Shown here piece after piece: positions 35,432 through 43,975 of a stretch of 45,256 nt of DNA. The notes beneath the pieces were generated by a model. That model was not told the DNA's origin. It saw only the letters and a list, made by a program, of their open reading frames with translations, and did no database searches. The position numbers were made by a program, and so were the translations under genes. The DNA is from an uncultured Flavobacteriales bacterium (lineage in GTDB: Bacteria; Bacteroidota; Bacteroidia; Flavobacteriales; UBA7312), in the NCBI GenBank assembly GCA_964003875.1, contig CAXFLH010000001.1:1-45256 (forward strand), read 5' to 3'. Positions within the stretch are counted from its first letter, which is position 1. Every line of letters begins with the position of its first letter.

Positions 35432-36610
35432 TTAAATGTGGTGGTGTATACTTTCATCAGCAAAGGGGTGATTCTTAACAAATAAAGGTGCTTTTGTCAA
35501 AGCTCTATTTACTATAAATAAAAACAACCCTAAGAATCCAGCAAACATGCCTATTTCAGTAAAGCCTATGTGCCAATGATCTTTCATTACTCCTGGTTCT
35601 ATCATTAAAAACACGTTACACCAATGACCAATTAAAACAATAACACCAACAGCCATGATGTAGCCGAAGTTTCTCTTACTATCTCTACTCATAAGAATAA
35701 GTAATGGGAAGATGAAGTTAATCACAGAAGTTATCCAAAATAGAGCGTTGTAATTATCCCAACGTGCCATATAGTAGGTGACTTCTTCAGGAATATTTGA
35801 ATACCAGATTAGCATAAATTGTGAGAACCACATATATGTCCATAGAATACTGAATGAAAAAATCCATTTACCTAGATCGTGAATATGGTTTTCATTAACA
35901 TACTCCAAATAGCCTTTACGCTTTAATACAATGGCAAACATAGCAATCATAGTAAAGCCTGTAACTCCCATTGAAGAAAATACAAACCAACCAAATAAGG
36001 TACTAAACCAATGAGTATCTATTGACATAATCCAGTCCCATGCCATCATAGAAGATGAATAGCCAAAGAATACAATAAAGATAGCTGACAGGGTTATACT
36101 TCTCTTATAGCTACTTAGTCCACCTTCTGTATCTTCTTGTCTTGAAAGTGCAATTAAACGTTTGGCAGCATACCACCATCCAAAGATGTAAGCCGCTGCA
36201 CGAATAAAGAAAAATGGGAAATTTAAGTAAGCTTCTTTACCTGCAATTATAGGGTCATAGTGTTCATCATTAGGATCCATAATACCATCAGCCATCCAAT
36301 GCCAAATGTGGTTCCAATGTAATTTTCCTGCTACAATAATGAATAGCATAATTATACCTCCTACTAGAAAATAAGAAGTGATACCCTCAGCTACACGTTT
36401 GAAAGGAATAGCCCATGCTGCTTCAGAAACATACTGAAGAGCTATAAAGAATATAGCAAATGCTGAAATACCTAAGAAAAAATAATTGTTAACCATTAAA
36501 CTTGGCCATGCACGATGTGCATCATTAATAAATCCGAATACAATAGCGACTAATCCTATTGCAATTAAGACGTAAGAAATTAACTTGGTGTTTTTTGTTA
36601 CTGTGTACAT
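35432..36610 (-). CDS. actF: Alternative complex III subunit ActF (NrfD-like membrane subunit 2)
   Basis: 392 aa, polytopic, W/F-rich, with no cofactor motif. It occupies the position between actE and cox II, as in Flavobacterium ACIII operons. Confidence 0.8.
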   Translation of the reverse strand: MYTVTKNTKLISYVLIAIGLVAIVFGFINDAHRAWPSLMVNNYFFLGISAFAIFFIALQYVSEAAWAIPFKRVAEGITSYFLVGGIIMLFIIVAGKLHWNHIWHWMADGIMDPNDEHYDPIIAGKEAYLNFPFFFIRAAAYIFGWWYAAKRLIALSRQEDTEGGLSSYKRSITLSAIFIVFFGYSSSMMAWDWIMSIDTHWFSTLFGWFVFSSMGVTGFTMIAMFAIVLKRKGYLEYVNENHIHDLGKWIFSFSILWTYMWFSQFMLIWYSNIPEEVTYYMARWDNYNALFWITSVINFIFPLLILMSRDSKRNFGYIMAVGVIVLIGHWCNVFLMIEPGVMKDHWHIGFTEIGMFAGFLGLFLFIVNRALTKAPLFVKNHPFADESIHHHI

Positions 36611-36631
36611 ATACAGTTAGTTTAATCTTAA

Positions 36632-37225
36632 TTAGTTTCCTTTTTGTAATTCTTGAACGTACATTGTAATCAACCAACGTTCCGTATCATTTATTTGTGT
36701 ATTGTGAGGACCCATTGCATTCAGTCCATAATAGATAGCATGATAAATATTACCAGCAGCTAAATCATTCATATTCTCACCCGTTCTACGAATCATTACA
36801 TCATCAGCGTAGGAAGGAATAGCTCCATAAACAGGGTGTGTTATACTTCCTTTACCATCACCATTTTTACCATGACAGTGTGCGCAGAACATTTGATAAA
36901 GCTGTTTTCCTTTTTCAATATTATCTTCCGTATTTTCAAAAGGATTTTGTAGCTCTTTACCTGCTAAAAGATAATCTTCCAAAGTATTATCATAATCGAA
37001 TGCAACAAAACCTCTTGGCATAGTTCCTTCAACAGATGGACGTGCATTCAAACTATCTTTAAAAAATGTATTCGAAGAATAAATTTCTAAGGAAGGTGAT
37101 CGGTACATATCAGGCATAAACTCATAGCCCGGTTTATCAGCTTCATTATTAGAACAGGAAGAAAATAACGATAAGACTAAAAATGGTATCGCTATTAGAA
37201 GAATATTACTACATACTTTTTTCAT
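36632..37225 (-). CDS. actE: Alternative complex III monoheme cytochrome c subunit ActE (lipoprotein)
   Basis: 197 aa with lipobox LSLFSSC and a single heme motif CAHCHG. Confidence 0.85.
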   Translation of the reverse strand: MKKVCSNILLIAIPFLVLSLFSSCSNNEADKPGYEFMPDMYRSPSLEIYSSNTFFKDSLNARPSVEGTMPRGFVAFDYDNTLEDYLLAGKELQNPFENTEDNIEKGKQLYQMFCAHCHGKNGDGKGSITHPVYGAIPSYADDVMIRRTGENMNDLAAGNIYHAIYYGLNAMGPHNTQINDTERWLITMYVQELQKGN

Positions 37226-37227
37226 TT

Positions 37228-37749
37228 TTAGGCAATTTCTTTAACGTTAATTTCAGTAGCACCGGTCTTTTTCAAAAGTGTGCTTATTGTCTTATCATCA
37301 TCTGACTCTATTTCCATAAGAAACTTATCGTCAGTTGTTCTAGGATCAGGACTTGAAGTTTTCTGACCAGGGAACAACTTGCATTTGAAAAGATAAGTTA
37401 TGACCATAAGGTGAGCTGAAAATAATACAGTCATCTCAAATATTACAGGAACAAATGCGGGCATACTTAAATAGTATGCAAAGCTTGGCTTACCACCAAT
37501 GTTCATTGGCCAATCAAGTATCATTATATAGTACGTCAACCAAATAGCAGTAGCACAGCCAATACATCCATAAATGAAAGCTGCAATTGCCAAACGCGTT
37601 CTTTTCAAGCCTAAAGCATGATCTAAACCGTGTATAGGAAATGGTGAATATACTTCTTTAATTGAAATATCTTTAGAACGGACTTCCTTAACACTGTTAA
37701 GAAGTACCTCTTCATCATCAAATATTCCGTAAATGACTTTTTTACTCAT
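37228..37749 (-). CDS. actD: Alternative complex III subunit ActD (DUF3341-type)
   Basis: 173 aa. Soluble N-terminus (VIYGIFDDEE...), two TM helices and a short C-terminal domain. Sits between actC and actE. Confidence 0.8.
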   Translation of the reverse strand: MSKKVIYGIFDDEEVLLNSVKEVRSKDISIKEVYSPFPIHGLDHALGLKRTRLAIAAFIYGCIGCATAIWLTYYIMILDWPMNIGGKPSFAYYLSMPAFVPVIFEMTVLFSAHLMVITYLFKCKLFPGQKTSSPDPRTTDDKFLMEIESDDDKTISTLLKKTGATEINVKEIA

Positions 37750-37754
37750 GTCTT

Positions 37755-39128
37755 TTACTTTTTATATTGTTCGCTAGAAGATTTAACAATCGTTTTTAAT
37801 TCTGCTTGTGCTATTACTGGAAAAGTTCTTGAGTACAATAAGAATAGTACAAAGAAGAAACCAATGGATCCTACAAAAATACCAATATCAACAAATGTTG
37901 GCGAGAACATAGTCCAACTAGAAGGTAAGTAATCACGATGTATAGATGTTACGATAATTACAAAGCGTTCAAACCACATACCGATATTAACAAATAAGGC
38001 TAAAATAAATGTAAACACGATATTTGTTCTTAATTTTTTGAACCACATCAACTGTGGTGATATAACGTTACAGGTCATCATAATCCAATAAGCCCACCAG
38101 TAAGGTCCTGTCGCTCTGTTAAGGAATGCATACTGCTCAAACTCAACACCTGAGTACCATGCCATAAACAACTCTGTAAGATAGGCTATACCAACAAGAT
38201 TACCCGTTAGCATAATAATGATATTCATATACTCAACATGCTTTATAGTAATGTAAGCTTCTAATCCTACTACCTTACGCATAACTAATAATAAGGTTTG
38301 TACCATAGCAAAACCCGAGAATACAGCTCCAGCAACGAAGTATGGAGGAAAAATAGTAGTGTGCCATCCTGGAATTACAGAGGTAGCAAAGTCAAAAGAT
38401 ACAATGGAGTGTACTGAGAAAACCAAAGGTGTTGCTAAGCCAGCAAGAACGAGTGATACTTCTTCAAAACGCTGCCAATCTTTCGCTCTACCACTCCAAC
38501 CAAATGATAATATACTATATATCTTTTTACGTAAAGGCCAATACTTCTCATTAACCTTATCTCTAATCATAGCAAAGTCTGGAATAAGACCTACATACCA
38601 GAATACAAAAGATACAGAGAAATAGGTAGAAATCGCAAATACATCCCATAAAAGTGGTGAATTGAAATTAACCCATAATGATCCGAAATTATTAGGTATT
38701 GGAAAAACCCAATATGCAAGCCATGGTCTACCCATGTGAAGTAAAGGAAAAGTGCCAGCCTGAACAACAGCAAAAATGGTCATGGCTTCTGCTGAACGGT
38801 TAATAGATAATCTCCATTTTTGTCTGAACAATAGCAATACTGCTGAGATTAGAGTACCAGCATGGCCAATACCTACCCACCATACAAAGTTAGTAATATC
38901 CCAGGCCCAGCCGACTGTTTTGTTCAATCCCCAAACACCAATTCCTGTTCCGATAGTATATCCTACGGATAAAATCCACCAAACAAATAATACTAATGAG
39001 ATGCTAAATACTATCCACCACATTTTATTGGCTTTGGCTAATACTGGTTTTGCTACGTCAACAGTAATATCGTGATAGCTTTTATCACCTAAAATCAGAG
39101 GCTCTCTTATTGGACTTTCTTTTTGCAT
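37755..39128 (-). CDS. actC: Alternative complex III quinol-interacting membrane subunit ActC (NrfD/PsrC family)
   Basis: 457 aa with about 10 TM helices. ...WGLNKTVGWAWDITNFVWWVGIGHAGTLISA... is typical of NrfD/PsrC anchors. Confidence 0.88.
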   Translation of the reverse strand: MQKESPIREPLILGDKSYHDITVDVAKPVLAKANKMWWIVFSISLVLFVWWILSVGYTIGTGIGVWGLNKTVGWAWDITNFVWWVGIGHAGTLISAVLLLFRQKWRLSINRSAEAMTIFAVVQAGTFPLLHMGRPWLAYWVFPIPNNFGSLWVNFNSPLLWDVFAISTYFSVSFVFWYVGLIPDFAMIRDKVNEKYWPLRKKIYSILSFGWSGRAKDWQRFEEVSLVLAGLATPLVFSVHSIVSFDFATSVIPGWHTTIFPPYFVAGAVFSGFAMVQTLLLVMRKVVGLEAYITIKHVEYMNIIIMLTGNLVGIAYLTELFMAWYSGVEFEQYAFLNRATGPYWWAYWIMMTCNVISPQLMWFKKLRTNIVFTFILALFVNIGMWFERFVIIVTSIHRDYLPSSWTMFSPTFVDIGIFVGSIGFFFVLFLLYSRTFPVIAQAELKTIVKSSSEQYKK

Positions 39129-39136
39129 AACTTATT

Positions 39137-42121
39137 TTAAGATTTTCTATTCCTAATTTTAGTTTGATAAAATACTGAGTTTTTTGTGTTCAAATGATCA
39201 ATTAATTGATAGGATCTATCATCCTCAACCATTTGAGTTACAGAATGTGACTGATTGTTTACATCTCCAAAGGTAATGGCACCTGTAGGACAAGCGGAAG
39301 AACAAGCGGTTTGTGCCTCATTATCTAATATATTTCTACCATCACGTTTGGCATCGAGTTTGGTTTTTTGAATCATCTGAATACACATACTACATTTTTC
39401 CATTACTCCTCTTGCTCTTACAGTAACATCAGGATTCAATACCATTTTACCTAAGTCGTCATTCATGTTATAATCAAAGGCATCGTTTTCAGCATAATTA
39501 AACCAATTGAAACGACGTACTTTATAAGGACAGTTGTTAGCGCAATAGCGTGTTCCTACACATCGATTGTATGTCATATGGTTAAGACCTTCAGCACTAT
39601 GTGTAGTAGCTGCAACCGGACAAACAGTTTCGCATGGTGCATGATTACAGTGCTGGCACATTACTGGTTGAAAAGCTACATCTGGATTTTCTGATGGAAT
39701 CTCCATAGCTTTAAATTTTGATACTGCTCCAATACCTTCTTCTTTAGCAATTTCTTTTGTCATATCACTGGAATAGTATCTATCAATTCTTAACCAGTGC
39801 ATATCTCTACTTTTTCTTACTTCTTCTTTACCTACAACAGGGACATTATTTTCCGAATGGCATGCGACTACACATGAGTTACAACCAATACAAGAAGTTA
39901 AATCAATACCTAAATTCCAAAAGTGACCCGTCTCGTGATCATGCGCTTGCCAAAGATCTATTTGGTCAGGAGCTAATTTACCAAGATGAGTGTCGTACAG
40001 AAGTGGTTTATTACCAGACTTTGGATTTTCTAAATACTCATTTAAAGTTGTTTCTTTGATCAAATCTCTTCCCATCATTGTGTGATGCAACTGAACTGAA
40101 GCAAAACCGTGTTCGCCTTCAACTTTCTCAATTTTAACATCGGAAGAAGTGTAGCTGTTGTTAAGTACTAATGGATAAGCATTTACTCCTACTCCATTAC
40201 CAACTTTACCTGATGCTGTACGTCCATAACCTAATGCTAAACCAAGAGTGCCTATCGCCTGTCCTGGCTGAATAAGTACAGGAACATTTTCTAATACGAC
40301 ATCACCAACTGTAAGTCTAACCATATCACCATTTAGAGCACCATCAGAAATATTCCAATTAGAGAGACCATTTTCACGAGCAGTAGTCGCCGAAATAGTT
40401 AGATAATTATCCCAACATGACCTTGTAATAGGATCTGGTAACTCTTGTAACCAAGGGTTATTAGCTTGTGAGCCATCACCGATTGAATTCGATTGATAAA
40501 GTGCTAATTCTAATCCTTGAGCTTGTGATAAAACTGACTTGACATTAGCTGCGAAAGAGGACGGTGATCGTGCATCAGTAGAAAGTTCTGCAATTCCATC
40601 ATGTAAAGAAGAAGACCAAGAAACTTTACTTCTCCAATAATTTTTTAAATAGATATAGTATTCTGTATCGTCACCAATCCATACAAGCAAAGATTCTTGT
40701 ATCTGACGGCTGTCAAATAAAGGCTGTATGGTAGGTTGAATAAATGCCACTTGATTTGGTGTTGCTTTGGCATCTCCCCAGCTTTCTAAATAATGGCGAT
40801 CAGGACACACATATTCTACATTAGTAGATGTTTCGTCCATATTTAATGCAGTAGAAATAGTTAAAGAAACTTTTTTCAAACCAGCATTAAAGGCTTCTGC
40901 ATCAGATAAAGTATATGAAGGATTGACACCGCTCATAATTAGTGCGCCAACCTTTCCATCATTCATATCCTTTATCAGTTGAGCAATAGCATTATCATCA
41001 CCAGCTTTCAACAAAGATGGCTGACCCATATCAATGGTCTTACCATAATTACCAAGCATATCGTTTATAGCGTTGACCATAATCTGAATAGCTTTATCGT
41101 TGCTATCACATATCACTAAAGACTTTCCTTTAGCTGAAGTTAACTCCACAACTACATCTTTAATTTTATCGTTTGCTGCAGAGTTTCCATTTAAAGTATC
41201 GAATAAATTTTCTAGTAAGTTTAGCTTCTCAGAAGGCTTTACTGGAATTCTTACATCAGCATTAGAGCCCGATAATGACATGTTGGTTTCAATCTGGAAA
41301 TGACGAGACATTTTACCTGATTTCGGATTTCTATTTGCTATATATTGTTTTTCTAGTGAGGTGCTTAACCAACTTCCTAAAAAGTCAGCACCAAAAGAAA
41401 CAATAACATCAGCTTTATCTAAATGGTAAGTAGGTATTACTCTTTGCCCAAAAGATTCTTTATTTGCATCTAGCATTCCTTGAACAGAAATAGCGTCATA
41501 TTGGACGTGCTTTGCTGCATACTTTTTACTAAATTCCTCAATAATAGCCTGTGTAGTAGGGCTAATAATTGTATTCGTTAATACTACAACATCACCCTCT
41601 ACATTTGAAAGCCTAGTTGTAATATCAGTATCAGCATCAGACCAAGTAACTGACTCTCCATTTTTCATCGCACCTTTAAGGCGATTCGAGTCGTACAGTG
41701 ATAAAACAGAAGAAATAACCCTTGCATTTGGAGATGATGATGATGACAAATCGTTTCCTTTAATAAATATAGGTCTTCCCTCTCGAGTTTTAACAAGAAT
41801 ATTAGCAAAATCATTACCATCATAAAAGGTCGATGCATACCAATTGGCAACACCAGGGGTAATCTCTTCCGGCTTTACTACGTAAGGTATAGACTTAATA
41901 ATTGGCGTTTCACAAGCAGCAAGTGTAGCCGCGGCTGTACTAAATCCTAAAAATTTTAAGAAATCTCTTCTTGAAGTACTTGTTTCTGATAAATTTTTGT
42001 CGTCTCCCAAAAAATCATCTACAGGGATTTCTTCAACAAATTCATTTTCTTTTAGTTTATCAACTAATGGATCATTAGCTAATTCCGCTAACCCCTTCCA
42101 ATATTTTTTTTGTTTAGTCAT
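39137..42121 (-). CDS. actB: Alternative complex III subunit ActB (Tat-exported molybdopterin-oxidoreductase-like domain fused to an Fe-S domain)
   Basis: 994 aa. Twin-arginine motif TSRRDFLKFLG followed by TLAAC (lipobox-like). C-terminal ferredoxin-type clusters CIGCNSCVVACHSENN, CQHCNHAPCETVCP, CVGTRYCANNCPY, CSMC...CSSACPTGA. Confidence 0.92.
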   Translation of the reverse strand: MTKQKKYWKGLAELANDPLVDKLKENEFVEEIPVDDFLGDDKNLSETSTSRRDFLKFLGFSTAAATLAACETPIIKSIPYVVKPEEITPGVANWYASTFYDGNDFANILVKTREGRPIFIKGNDLSSSSSPNARVISSVLSLYDSNRLKGAMKNGESVTWSDADTDITTRLSNVEGDVVVLTNTIISPTTQAIIEEFSKKYAAKHVQYDAISVQGMLDANKESFGQRVIPTYHLDKADVIVSFGADFLGSWLSTSLEKQYIANRNPKSGKMSRHFQIETNMSLSGSNADVRIPVKPSEKLNLLENLFDTLNGNSAANDKIKDVVVELTSAKGKSLVICDSNDKAIQIMVNAINDMLGNYGKTIDMGQPSLLKAGDDNAIAQLIKDMNDGKVGALIMSGVNPSYTLSDAEAFNAGLKKVSLTISTALNMDETSTNVEYVCPDRHYLESWGDAKATPNQVAFIQPTIQPLFDSRQIQESLLVWIGDDTEYYIYLKNYWRSKVSWSSSLHDGIAELSTDARSPSSFAANVKSVLSQAQGLELALYQSNSIGDGSQANNPWLQELPDPITRSCWDNYLTISATTARENGLSNWNISDGALNGDMVRLTVGDVVLENVPVLIQPGQAIGTLGLALGYGRTASGKVGNGVGVNAYPLVLNNSYTSSDVKIEKVEGEHGFASVQLHHTMMGRDLIKETTLNEYLENPKSGNKPLLYDTHLGKLAPDQIDLWQAHDHETGHFWNLGIDLTSCIGCNSCVVACHSENNVPVVGKEEVRKSRDMHWLRIDRYYSSDMTKEIAKEEGIGAVSKFKAMEIPSENPDVAFQPVMCQHCNHAPCETVCPVAATTHSAEGLNHMTYNRCVGTRYCANNCPYKVRRFNWFNYAENDAFDYNMNDDLGKMVLNPDVTVRARGVMEKCSMCIQMIQKTKLDAKRDGRNILDNEAQTACSSACPTGAITFGDVNNQSHSVTQMVEDDRSYQLIDHLNTKNSVFYQTKIRNRKS

Positions 42122-42143
42122 ATATTAAACTAATTTTTATATT

Positions 42144-43394
42144 CTAATGATGACACTTACCACATTCAAGACCCCCTATAGCTTCAACATTAAATGCTTC
42201 TCCAGGATGATTCTCTTTAAATTTGGCATGCATTTCTTCATAATAATCGTTGTCTGCCACTTTAACTTCTGTTTGTCTATGACAGTCGATACACCAACCC
42301 ATTGTTAATTCGGCATGTTGTTCAACAACCTCCATTTCTTCAATGGCACCATGACAATCTTGACATTCTAATCCCCCAGCAACAACATGCTGTGAATGAT
42401 TAAAATAAGCATGATCTGGCAGGTTATGAATCCTAACCCACTTAATAGGTTTTTGCTCGTAGCCCTCGATATATTGTCCTTTTTCAGGATCAAAACCAAC
42501 TGCATCATAAATCTTTTGAATCTCTGCTTTTCCTGAGGGGCCTTCGTTAATGTAAGTATGACAATTCATACAAACATTAGCAGATGGTATAGCAGCAGAC
42601 TTACCATGTCTTGCAGAATGGTGACAATAATTACAGTCAATTCCATTAATACCAGAGTGTAATTTATGAGAGTACGCAATGGGTTGCTCAGGTGCATATC
42701 CCTTAGTAACGCCGACTCCTAACATTAAATTCCAGGCAGAGTTCACTCCAAAACCTAAAATAATAAGTACAGTAAGAGTAACTAGAGACTTTCTCGCAAA
42801 GAAAGCATTTACTAGCGTAATTGTAGAACTAAATAAATCTTCACTTTCTTCTCCTGCAACTTCTTTAAGCGTATTTTTAATTTTCCATAAACCTGCAATA
42901 ACAAGCAACAAGACAATGGCAATAGTCAGTATTATATAGTCCGATGTTTGGTCTTCAACAACAATCGCTCCACCATCGGTAGAAGTTGTTGCTACAACGG
43001 CTTGTTTTTCAGGAGCTTGCTCAATATAAGCCAAGATATTTTTCACATCGTCATCAGAAAAATAAGGAAAAGCTGTCATCGGAGATTTGTTATACTCTTC
43101 CCATATTGCAATAGCATCTGGATCGCCTGCGGCTATCATTTCAGCCGAATTTTTTATCCATTTAATCAACCATTCCTCAGAATATTTATCGCTAACACCT
43201 CTTAAAGCTGGACCAATTAACTTGTTATCAATTTGGTGACAGGCTGTACAATTAGCTTTATATAATTTCTCACCTTCTTCAACATTTTGTGCTGATAAAG
43301 AAGCGGAAACAGCAAATAATAGGATAATTAGCGAAGAGAATATTGTGAAAGGATACTTACTTAAATTAATAAATTTAGTCATGTTTATAAACAT
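42144..43394 (-). CDS. actA: Alternative complex III multiheme cytochrome c subunit ActA with an extra N-terminal monoheme domain (6 CxxCH)
   Basis: CxxCH motifs: CTACH (N-terminal class-I-like domain), then after two hydrophobic segments CNYCH, CMNCH, CQDCH, CIDCH, CGKCH. The track ORF begins at TTG 43412; ATGs at 43394 and 43382 are alternative starts (signal ...FAVSASLSAQ). Confidence 0.88.
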   Translation of the reverse strand: MFINMTKFINLSKYPFTIFSSLIILLFAVSASLSAQNVEEGEKLYKANCTACHQIDNKLIGPALRGVSDKYSEEWLIKWIKNSAEMIAAGDPDAIAIWEEYNKSPMTAFPYFSDDDVKNILAYIEQAPEKQAVVATTSTDGGAIVVEDQTSDYIILTIAIVLLLVIAGLWKIKNTLKEVAGEESEDLFSSTITLVNAFFARKSLVTLTVLIILGFGVNSAWNLMLGVGVTKGYAPEQPIAYSHKLHSGINGIDCNYCHHSARHGKSAAIPSANVCMNCHTYINEGPSGKAEIQKIYDAVGFDPEKGQYIEGYEQKPIKWVRIHNLPDHAYFNHSQHVVAGGLECQDCHGAIEEMEVVEQHAELTMGWCIDCHRQTEVKVADNDYYEEMHAKFKENHPGEAFNVEAIGGLECGKCHH

Positions 43395-43433
43395 ATAATT
43401 CAATTGTAGCAAAAGCTTAATTTTTCTCGACTA

Positions 43434-43441
43434 CAAATGTA
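43434..43441 (-). promoter_or_regulatory. Candidate -7 box (TACATTTG) for the act-cox operon
   Basis: The minus strand reads TACATTTG (TAnnTTTG), 22 nt upstream of TTG 43412 and 40 nt upstream of ATG 43394. Confidence 0.4.
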
Positions 43442-43564
43442 TTACATTCCACTATTTTTAATCATATGAGTTTTATTTTTTTATCCCAATTTATACTGAT
43501 TCTAAATAAGTTGCGTTTAATCTTATATTACACTCAAATTCACACACTTAGAAACATAAAAATC

Positions 43565-43572
43565 TATATTTG
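43565..43572 (+). promoter_or_regulatory. Candidate -7 box (TATATTTG) immediately upstream of the SPOR gene ATG
   Basis: The plus strand reads TATATTTG (TAnnTTTG), ending 4 nt before ATG 43577. Confidence 0.4.
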
Positions 43573-43576
43573 CAAA

Positions 43577-43975
43577 ATGAAAGGTTTAATATTTATTACA
43601 ATTTGTCTTTTTTCTGGCTCAATTGTAGCCCAAAACACTGAAAATATGACAATTAATGATAGTCGAATTGATAGCTTAATGTCAACTCAAATCAAACTAA
43701 ATATTGCAAAACGTGGCATCGATGGCTACAGGGTCCAAATTCATCATAATCAAAGTCAAAGTAGAGAAGAATCTCAAAAAGTACGCGCCCAATTTTCATC
43801 AGATTTTCCTCACCTAAAAACTTACCTAGAATTTAAGTCTCCTTATTATAAAATACAAGTTGGAAACTTCGTAAACAAACTTGATGCTCATAAAGTTCAA
43901 AAAGAAATAAGCAGAAAATATAGAGGCACTTACATCGTTCCAGCTACGGTTCCGTTCGAGGAAGTCGTAAACTAA
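43577..43975 (+). CDS. SPOR-domain (peptidoglycan-binding) protein
   Basis: Start taken at MKGLIFITICLFSGSIVAQ (signal peptide). C-terminal SPOR-like repeat ...GYRVQIHHNQSQSREESQKVRAQFSSDFP...YYKIQVGNFVNKLDAHKVQKEI. The 37-residue N-terminal extension of the track ORF covers the promoter region. Confidence 0.75.
   Translation: MKGLIFITICLFSGSIVAQNTENMTINDSRIDSLMSTQIKLNIAKRGIDGYRVQIHHNQSQSREESQKVRAQFSSDFPHLKTYLEFKSPYYKIQVGNFVNKLDAHKVQKEISRKYRGTYIVPATVPFEEVVN

Noticed and set aside
43466-43576. 37-residue N-terminal extension of the SPOR-gene ORF (MSFIFLSQFILILNKLRLILYYTQIHTLRNIKIYICK).
   Set aside because: It covers AT-rich promoter DNA, including a perfect -7 box. The internal ATG at 43577 begins a canonical signal peptide.
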